From: Eledone cirrhosa
Taxonomy: Eukaryota
Direction of reading: 5' to 3'
Length of the DNA stretch: 64,000 nt
Assembly (NCBI GenBank): GCA_964016885.1
Contig: OZ024742.1
Coordinates: 107,570,001 to 107,634,000, forward strand
Each line of letters starts with the position of its first letter. The first letter of the stretch is position 1. A model generated the notes under the pieces. It did not search any database, was not told where the DNA came from, and saw nothing but the letters and a program-made list of their open reading frames with translations. Both the position numbers and the translations under genes were made by a program. This document shows positions 54,719 to 64,000 of this stretch, in pieces.

Positions 54719-55140
54719 AACCACATTAGCAAGACATACATGAAAACAACACTATGGTTGCATTACATTAAAATTTAAATTCTTTACTCTAATACTGAAA
54801 CTTTTTAGACGCTTTTTCTAGAAAAAATATTATAAACATTTGAATTAACAAATAACATGAAACCACATTAGCAAGACATACGTGAATACAACACCATGAC
54901 TACATTACATTAAACATTGAATCATTTACTCTAATACTGAACATGTTTAGACGATTTGTGCACAAGTAAAGATATAAACATTTGAATAAACACATAACAT
55001 GAAACCAACAAGACAATGTTGAAAAGTACATAACAGCAATATAACTGTATCACATTAAAAACTAGTCTTTACTTTACTACACACTTTCACAAAGACCTGT
55101 ACATTTGTAAATATACTATAAACATTTGAATTAACGAACT
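54719..55140. repeat. Degenerate ~142-bp minisatellite, about 3 copies
   Basis: AACCACATTAGCAAGACATAC at 54719 and 54861; a looser third copy near 55000. Confidence 0.75.
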
Positions 55141-55637
55141 AGTTTTTTAGACACTTCCTGCTAGATCATTTCAGGATGTTAAAATTATCTGTTGTTGAAC
55201 CTCCGTCGATCCCGACGACAAGTGATCCAGTTGATTCAATCAACGGAACTGCCTGCTCATGAAATTGACATGTAAGTGGCTGAGCATTCCACAGGCACCT
55301 GTATCCATAACGTAATTCTCGGGGAGGTTCAGCGTGATAGAGTATGTGACATGGTTGGACATTTGAATTGAAGGGACACCCCCATTCGATGGGCTTCCAA
55401 ACAGTTTTCGTCTAGTCCTGCAGATCTCATCAGGTGACGTAATCAGATAGAACCACATGGTCAGCTTCAGGGAGGTGAAATATGAAACAGAATCATATAA
55501 AACGGAAGAATTTACTGAATAACAGCCACGTTTCATATGTAACACATACATGCGCACAAGCACCTCCCCCATCTTTTAGATGCAATGCATCTATATATCC
55601 CTATCTATATCAATATCTATAATTATATTTATGTATG

Positions 55638-55673
<36 letters not shown>

Positions 55674-55877
55674 TATATATATATATACATATATGTGTTT
55701 ATATCTATATTATATCTGTATTTTTGACCGTTGGTCAGTCAATGGTAAACATTGAGGACTGAATGGATTAACTGTGGAGATATAAAAGATACAGAAGCGA
55801 AAACCAACCAAAGAGAGAGTGTGTTCTGTTATTATTTCTGGCAATATTATTACAACAATATGACCCTCCCCAAGTAT

Positions 55878-55947
<70 letters not shown>

Positions 55948-56060
55948 ATGTATATGTACATATGCATATTTATATATGTATATATGTATATATAAATATG
56001 TATATATCTATTTTATATGTATATTTATGTATGTGTATATATATGTATGTGTGTGTATAT

Positions 56061-56104
<44 letters not shown>

Positions 56105-56179
56105 ATGTATATATATGTATATATGAATATGGATATATATGTGTGTAAACAGTGTCTATGTGTATATATATCTATATCT

Positions 56180-56239
<60 letters not shown>

Positions 56240-56366
56240 GGTATGAGGGCGGTGGAATCACTTGTTTACGCATTTGTACAATATGGATCAATAGTAGAAC
56301 GAGTGGCAAGATTAACCAAAGATAATATTGGAGAGTTCAGCAGCAGTAGCAGCAGCAGCAACAGCA

Positions 56367-56446
56367 GAAGAAGAAGAAGAAGAAGAAGAAGAAGAAGAAG
56401 AAGAAGAAGAAGAAGAAGAAGAAGAAGAAGAAGAAGAAGAAGAAGA
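56367..56446. repeat. (AAG)n microsatellite
   Basis: Direct reading. Confidence 0.97.
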
Positions 56447-56542
56447 ATCAACTTAGACAGTTTTCAGTTTAATGACCAGGCAATCATCTAATGGTGGAAT
56501 AATATTGAATACTGAATATACATACATACACACAGATACGTG

Positions 56543-56586
<44 letters not shown>

Positions 56587-56650
56587 ATAATATGTATATA
56601 TATATATGTATATATATATATGTATATATATATATGTATATATATATATG

Positions 56651-56719
<69 letters not shown>

Positions 56720-56813
56720 TGTTAATAAATGAGACAAACAAAACACAGGAGGCAATATTACACAGTTATATTAGGTACACATATATACACACAAATACAT
56801 GCATATATATATA

Positions 56814-56873
<60 letters not shown>

Positions 56874-56987
56874 TGTGTGTGTATATACATATATATATAT
56901 ATAAATATATATATATATATGATCGTTTTAACACTTTATATATATATATATATATATATAAATATATAAATATATATAAATAATACA

Positions 56988-57049
<62 letters not shown>

Positions 57050-57051
57050 TA

Positions 57052-57110
<59 letters not shown>

Positions 57111-59389
57111 ACACTCACACAGACAATACAACTAGATACTTATGTGTTTGTGTGTGTGTGTGTGTGTGTATAACTGAAGACAATTCTAACTAATGACGTA
57201 AAGAAAGAAATAAGAGATATATTTATGCTTGATTCTTTAGTCTGAGAAATAATAATATTTACTACCTAGTGATTTGTAGAAATGTCGATAAATTGGATTC
57301 CGCTGCCATATTTGATATCTGCAGAGTTGCGTGGCAACATGAAAGACAAAAAAATAATTAAAAAAATACAAACGCATCGCTATATATGTCGTTTTACACA
57401 GAAATGTATTTATCGATATATGTATCCGACCTTAAGTTGGGAAAAAATTACATATTTGGTGGGGTTCAATTGCTAATTACCTTTGAAGTAGGCCCCTTGT
57501 GCCTCCACATATTTATCCTAGCGATCCTTTCTCTATTTGTATCACGTCTAGAATACTTCTTCCGTCGCAGTTAGTTTGATGTGGCATATTTCACGTTTTT
57601 ACAGAAGTCATAGAAGTCAGAAGGAGCTATGCCTGGAGAGGAGGGAGCTTGGTGAATGAACGAAGTGTCTGGATCAGCTGCCACGAATGAGCCGGAGTGA
57701 TGTCATATGGGCCTACCCTTTTTGTGAAATACACATATCTGGTCTCTCGAGCTGATCTACATCACGAAGACGTTGGAGGATTTCTTAGTACTACTCTGTT
57801 GTAACTGTTTGTCCTTATTACGTGCTCTTTTGAGACTTAATGACGTTAGATACTTCTACTAAGATGACTGAGTTTTGGTTCCCGGGTTGTTGGCATACAC
57901 CCAGTTTTTATCTCCAGTTTATCACGACATTCAAGAACTCAGGGAGCTTGTTGGCAGTATCAGGCGAAATGAAAAGTAAGTAGCACAGTACTTCAGACGC
58001 TAATTTCCTGACAACGATTGACGTATCCAGCAAGCTCACCCACCAAAAACCATGCATGCACATGAATATATTCGGCTCCATTCTGAAAACTTTTGTCTCC
58101 TTAATATATATACCTTCTTTACATAATGCATTGAGTACATTATTTAACTGTAGTCTCTTTCCGTTTCTCTACAGAACTTAATAACACAACCATGCCTACG
58201 TCTTTTGAATATTCTATTTCTTTTGTTTACTATTGGAAGAAATATTTTGGATATTTCTACTAAAGAGTTGATTCGTACTTGTTGTTTTAGTATCGTTTTT
58301 GTTTTGTTGTTGTTGTTATTGCATCGCCATGTTGTTAAACATACATACATATAAGCTAAAGCTAAAATCGAACAAAGCATGCTGTAATGAACTGTCTAAT
58401 TGCCCTAAAGAACCACACCAGCATACACACATACAACAAAGAAAAAGATAACATCATGCAGCAGCTGTACACATATAAGGCAGAAATTTTCCACATTTTA
58501 AAACCACTTAATAGAGATATCAAACTAAAAGAGGCAAACATATACACGTCTTGATAACACGATAAAAACAACGACAATAACAAATAGACAACATCGACAG
58601 CAACAACAACAATGGCAGCCACAGAAGCAACAACAACAACATCGACAGCAGTAACAACAACAATAAAATCAAAACAACAACTGAAGCAGCAGAAGCAACA
58701 TAAACAACAGCAGTAACAACAACAGTAATAGTAGCAGCAAGCAGTAACAGTAGAAATAATAAAAGCAACAGCAGGAACAGCAGGAACAACAGAAACAACA
58801 GAAACAACAGCAGCAGAAATACAAAAATGCAGCAGCAGAAGAAGAACAACACAACAACAATAGTAGTAACAGTAAAAACAACAGCAACAACACCAAAAAC
58901 GACAACAACGACAACAACTACGACGTTAACGACGGTATTGGTGACGTTAATGATAACGATGTTGATGTTTATGACAATGGTTTCTAATTTAGGCATAAGG
59001 CCGCCAGGTTTGAAGAAGAATGTTGAGTAAATCGACTCATTACATGATTGATACTTTATTTTATCAACCACGGTGGTATTTGATCTCTAAATAATTGTTT
59101 CTACTTTTGGCTGAAGGCCAGCAATTACCCAGTACATTACTGGTACTTTATTTTATCGACCCCCGTAAGGGTGAAAGGCAAAGTTAACCTCGACGGGATT
59201 TGAACTTAGACCGTAAAGGGTCGTAACTATGGTGGAAAGCATGGCGTCCGATCCTCTACCGATACTGTCAATCCACCGCCTTGATCTCTAAATAATAACC
59301 ATTTTAATATACGTCTGGGATCCAGAAATAGCTCTGTTCTATACATAGAGCACTCTTTTTTCCTTTGCTTTTTTTTTCGGAATTACCTA

Positions 59390-59440
<51 letters not shown>

Positions 59441-59481
59441 CGAAACATAAGTCAATTGCATGAACTCATAATCCTTTATTT

Positions 59482-59539
59482 ACTGCTATATATATATTTC
59501 GACGATAGCCATTGAATGGCTATGACCTCATCAGGCAGT
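59482..59539 (-). ncRNA. Type I hammerhead ribozyme at a probable PLE 3' end
   Basis: ACTGC-CTGATGA-GGTC ATAGCCAT tca ATGGCTAT CGTC-GAAA-TATATATA-TA-GCAGT. Confidence 0.82.
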
Positions 59540-59847
59540 TAGTCAGTTCTTAGATATGCCAACTCTGTGTTTATGGTGTTCATGGTATCAGAGCCTTGGG
59601 ACATATGAGCTTGTTAGGAATAATTTAATGTTGTCAGCAGGAATAGTCTTAATTCTCATTGGTCAGTTTGTAGATGCTAGTAGGGTTGGTATTTGACCTC
59701 AAAGAGGCAGGTGGTGTTGTAAAGTTCAAACCGTCAGGCAAGATGACAATAGTTCCATATGACTGATTTTCAACAAAGCATTCCTGGTCAGATATATATT
59801 CAATTGAGGTTTATAGTATAAAATTCGATACTACAGGTCATTCTTAA

Positions 59848-60150
59848 ATTGAGGAATTTATGTGGAGTGGTACTACTGAAAATTATGGTTAGAGTAGAAT
59901 ACTAAAAAATTTACTTATAAAAAGACTTATGCTGGTTGACTTGCACATACACTCACCCCCACCCCCACAGACACACACACACATCCACACATACAAATTG
60001 AGGAATTAATGTGGGGTGGTAATACTGAAAATTATGGTTAGAGTCAGATACTTAGAAAGTTTAGAAATTTTAGAAATAAAAAGACTTATGTTGGTTGACT
60101 TGTACATACACTCACACCTACCCCCTCAGAAACACACACACATCTACACA
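59848..60150. repeat. ~150-bp degenerate tandem duplication
   Basis: ATTGAGGAATT.ATGTGG.GTGG at 59848 and 59997. Confidence 0.75.
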
Positions 60151-60824
60151 CACAAATCCATACAGGTGTGTATATATATATATGTACGCACAAGTGCATA
60201 TATATATACAGCAGAGGCCCCCAAATCCAAGTATAAGGCAGACATAAAACTGGGTGGGTGTTATTTTTAAAGAAAAGTAAAGTAGGTGTTTGGAAAAGTT
60301 ATTGTTTAGATTAGACAAAGTAGAGTGTGATATATATCTTCACAGCAATAGCTTGGGGGATTTGGAGCTTAGGCGAATCCCTCAGTACAGACATATATAC
60401 CCACCCACACTTTTATACCTCTGGATGCGCGTGTATGTATATATACACATGTGCACTCATACAAGAGAGCATATACAAATATATTCTTAAGCATACACTT
60501 GAACATTTTTCAAATGCAACCTGGGGTATTAGTATTTCGTTGCGTTCACATAAGTGTGTACACTCACGTAATCCCAGTATACACACACCATGTACGGTTG
60601 CGGGCACTCATTCATGCGTATAGGGTTAGTACCTTGGGATAATTGTTCTTCCTGTGTGGGCCACTCCCGGGGGGGGGGGGGTCCTCAGGTTCAATAAACG
60701 AGCTTTTGTTGACTCCTAACCAGTAGAGGATCCGGTGGACAATCCACCGTAGGGACCACAAACTATGGGTGGTTGTTGTTGTCAATTGGTCATTGGTACG
60801 GTGTGTAGGGGACCTACATATAGA

Positions 60825-60930
<106 letters not shown>

Positions 60931-61380
60931 TATACATATATATATACATATATATATATACATACATAACAGCCGTACTAAGAGTGGGAAATGAAATTTC
61001 GTTTCATTTTTTCCGTTTATCGTTTTCGGTGCACCCGGCCGATTAACCCACTCGATATGCAAATTGGGCTACTCAGCCGTTAATATGCATAAGGTAAGTA
61101 TATACGTTCAACAATCTGGCAGGAAGGTATACGTTGCTGACGATAGCTAATAAGCTTGAAACCAGTACAGCGTTCCTTTGTCAGTGTTGAACAAACGAGC
61201 AACGATGGTTGCTGGACACTACGGCTTAATACGGGATGTTTGTTTACAAACACACCGAGAATTATAATAAATGTTCGGTGAATCCATACGTACATATATA
61301 TATGTGTGCTTGTATGTATATATATATATATACTACTGTACGTCTGTATACATATATGTATGTACGTGTACATACTTATA

Positions 61381-61456
<76 letters not shown>

Positions 61457-61557
61457 TGTATATATATATATATATATATATGTGTATCTGATGGTAGCTA
61501 AGATGCTTCCATAGGCGGTATGCCGGTTCAGCACTCTGCTTTACAGAGCAGAGTATG

Positions 61558-61645
61558 ATATAATATAAAACGAAAAATCAGTGATGCATCTGAACTCAAT
61601 TTATTGAGTTCAGATGCATCACTGATTTTTCGTTTTATATTATAT
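61558..61645. repeat. Perfect palindrome, 43-bp arms, 2-nt spacer
   Basis: GAACTCAAT tt ATTGAGTTC. Confidence 0.95.
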
Positions 61646-61761
61646 ATATATATATACAGAGGTAGAACACTGGAAGGTAATATCCGTAGTGGTAGAGCAC
61701 TCAGTCCATGGGACGAGTTAGTTAGAAGTGGTGACACAACAGTTAGTTCCGCCATAATGAC

Positions 61762-62458
61762 TAAGCATTTTGAAGACCTTACGCTATTCTTTTAAAGTAG
61801 TGACTATGTCACTTACTTCTTTTTTCATCAAACAAAGGGAGATAAGCTGACAGATCTCTGTTTCGTACTGTTGGTACTCCTCAGAGCTTAGCACTCCCTT
61901 TGTTTGTTGAAAATTATGAATGCTGGATTCTTATAGAATTCCAATAATAATCAGGAATTGATTATACAGAGCGGTTGCCTTCTTTTTTCAGCTGAAAAAA
62001 GAAGTAAGTGACATAGTCACTACTTTAAAACAATAGCGTAAGGTCTTCAAAATGCTTTTAATTAAGCATACAGTGTATTGTCAAATACACTGTATATACA
62101 TTCATATATATATCGCTATTTCATAGCACAAATTCTAATTTTCAATTTTTGCTGGACCGGCAACCGCTCTGTATAATCAGTTCCTGATTATTGGAATTCT
62201 ATAAGAATCCAGCATTCATAATTTTCAGCAAGCAAATGGAGTGCTAAACTCTGAGGAGTACCAACAGTACGAAACAGAGATCTGTCAGCTTATCTCCCTT
62301 TGTTTGCTGAAAAAAGAAGTAAGTGACATAGTCACTACTTTAAAACAATAGCGTAAGGTCTTCAAAATGCTTTTAATTAAGCGCACAGTGTATTGCAAAA
62401 TACACTATATATACTTTCATATATATATCGGTATTTCAGAGTACCAATTCTAATTTTA
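61762..62458. mobile_element. Retrozyme-like element: inverted partial copy plus about 1.5 tandem copies of a 315-bp HHR unit (family E2)
   Basis: GCTGAAAAAAGAAG at 61991 and 62306; 61762-61979 inverted. Confidence 0.85.
62245..62292 (+). ncRNA. Type I hammerhead ribozyme with GUC site; mirror at 61843-61890(-)
   Basis: TAA(A/G)CT-CTGAGGA-GTAC caaca GTAC-GAAA-CAGA ga TCTG-TC-AGCTTA. Confidence 0.87.
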
Positions 62459-62537
62459 GATATATTATAGTTAAAACAGAAAACAAAAACAATAGCGAAG
62501 AGTGCAGTACAAAATGTTAGTATTAGGTTCACGCTTG

Positions 62538-62605
<68 letters not shown>

Positions 62606-64000
62606 CACACACACACAAACCAACATGGCCTATTACTATTATGGGTCATACATTCATATATTTTTTTTCCCATTTGTCGTATATGCTCTCCAAATTTCAC
62701 TCCAGCTTTAACTATCAATTTGAAAAATGTATTGGATGATATTTCCAGATAAAATTCTTCTGACTAGTATTACATCAATTTTAAGATTAAAGATATTTTA
62801 CATTGGATGAAATATCGCATTACAGATGATCTTGATAATTTAATACATTTTTCCTGTCTTCATTTCAACTTCAGTGTCCTTAGGCATTGAAATATCGATA
62901 TGTTATACTCCAAATTGCCATTTTTTTCAATCACAGTTTTACGATAGGATCTACTGAATCTGGTATTTAACGTTGTCTACACTACGTTGTTAATTATATG
63001 AATAGTAACATTGAACGGATGTGTTGGAGTTTTTTTATTTCATTTTTTTTTGCCAATTTTATTTCTAACGGATTCCGATAAAATAGCGTATTCTTTTATT
63101 CATTTTATTCATTCTGGTATTCATTTACTGGTTTCAGTCGTGGGTCGTTGGATGACCCACTAGACTAGGGAACTAGAGGTCACATGATCGATTCCTGTCA
63201 ACCCAACTTCAGGCTTCCTTTTTGAAGTAGATGTTTGGCTCTTCCAGCGCATCTCGCTTACCATTCTCCGGGGAAACGCCTTCTCCATTCTGTCCACCGG
63301 GGCCGTGGAGCAGCCAGCACCTGGGACCTCATTTTCTCATAATACAGAGAGATGGGGAGGGTGAGAGTGATGGAGGCGATAACAGTGGGAGTTCGGCTCT
63401 TCTGTGATCGGACCTGGTGTGCAGCATCAGTTGCCCGTAAAGAGGTAGTGATTCATATATATATCGTTTCTGAATTTGTTTAACAAGATTCTTTATCTGA
63501 AAACGTGTGTTGAAACCGATATTGTTATACTTTGGGAGGGTCATGTTGCCAATAAGAAACACACGCACCAGTTGCTTTCAATCCAATTTATTATAAATTA
63601 AATTATAAATTTAAAAATTTATAAATTTCCGGTTGGTTGGTTGGTTCCACAACCGGTCGATTATTCATATATTGTCAAAGTTCTTTCGTGACACATTCTG
63701 TGACCTCTTCAGTGACTGGGGATTCTTTTCTTTGTTTTGTGCCTCTCCTTTGTTCTGTCCTACCCCATCTTGTTTTTGTGTGTGTTGTGTGCTTAGTTTG
63801 CGCATGTATTACATCCGGGTGTCTGTGTGTGTTTTTATTTGTTTATTTATTTGTTTATTTACATTTAATTTTGGTTGGAGTTCCTTTATGTTTATTGCCT
63901 CTGTGATTTGTCTAAACATTGCGTCTTTTAAATTTATAATAAATTGGTGGTGCGTGTGTTTCTTATTGGCAACATGACCCTCCCAAAGTATAACAATATA

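Noticed and set aside
57420-58080. Possible decayed mariner transposase remnant (also 62700-63080)
   Set aside because: Could not read a convincing catalytic motif or paired TIRs by eye.
58520-59071. 183-aa hydrophobic ORF resembling a membrane protein
   Set aside because: Derived from degenerate (AAC/AGC)n repeats plus a SINE tail.

Overview
AT-rich, microsatellite-saturated metazoan DNA. The SINE families and (AT)n density suggest an octopod cephalopod (inference). No host protein-coding exon could be supported. All recognisable coding is transposon-derived: a decayed full-length R4/Dong-type RLE retrotransposon in (TACA)n, two 5'-truncated Penelope-like elements (PLEs) with GIY-YIG endonuclease, RTE fragments, a complete Tigger/pogo element carrying a nested telomeric-repeat fold-back element, and a complete hAT element with an 8-bp TSD. 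A non-autonomous Helitron and many tRNA-derived SINEs are also present. The most striking signal is about 20 type I hammerhead ribozyme (HHR) motifs, canonical or variant, from roughly 10 sequence families. They sit in short non-coding elements inserted in (TA)n tracts as fold-back palindromes or as inverted-plus-tandem arrays. The best case is a 310-bp HHR unit (one inverted copy plus about 4.1 tandem copies, 29764-31356). A 315-bp relative (61762-62458) keeps the same predicted secondary structure with a different ribozyme sequence. Together they look like a retrozyme-like, possibly circular-RNA-producing family mobilised in trans by PLEs. All structures were read by eye; nothing was computed or searched.
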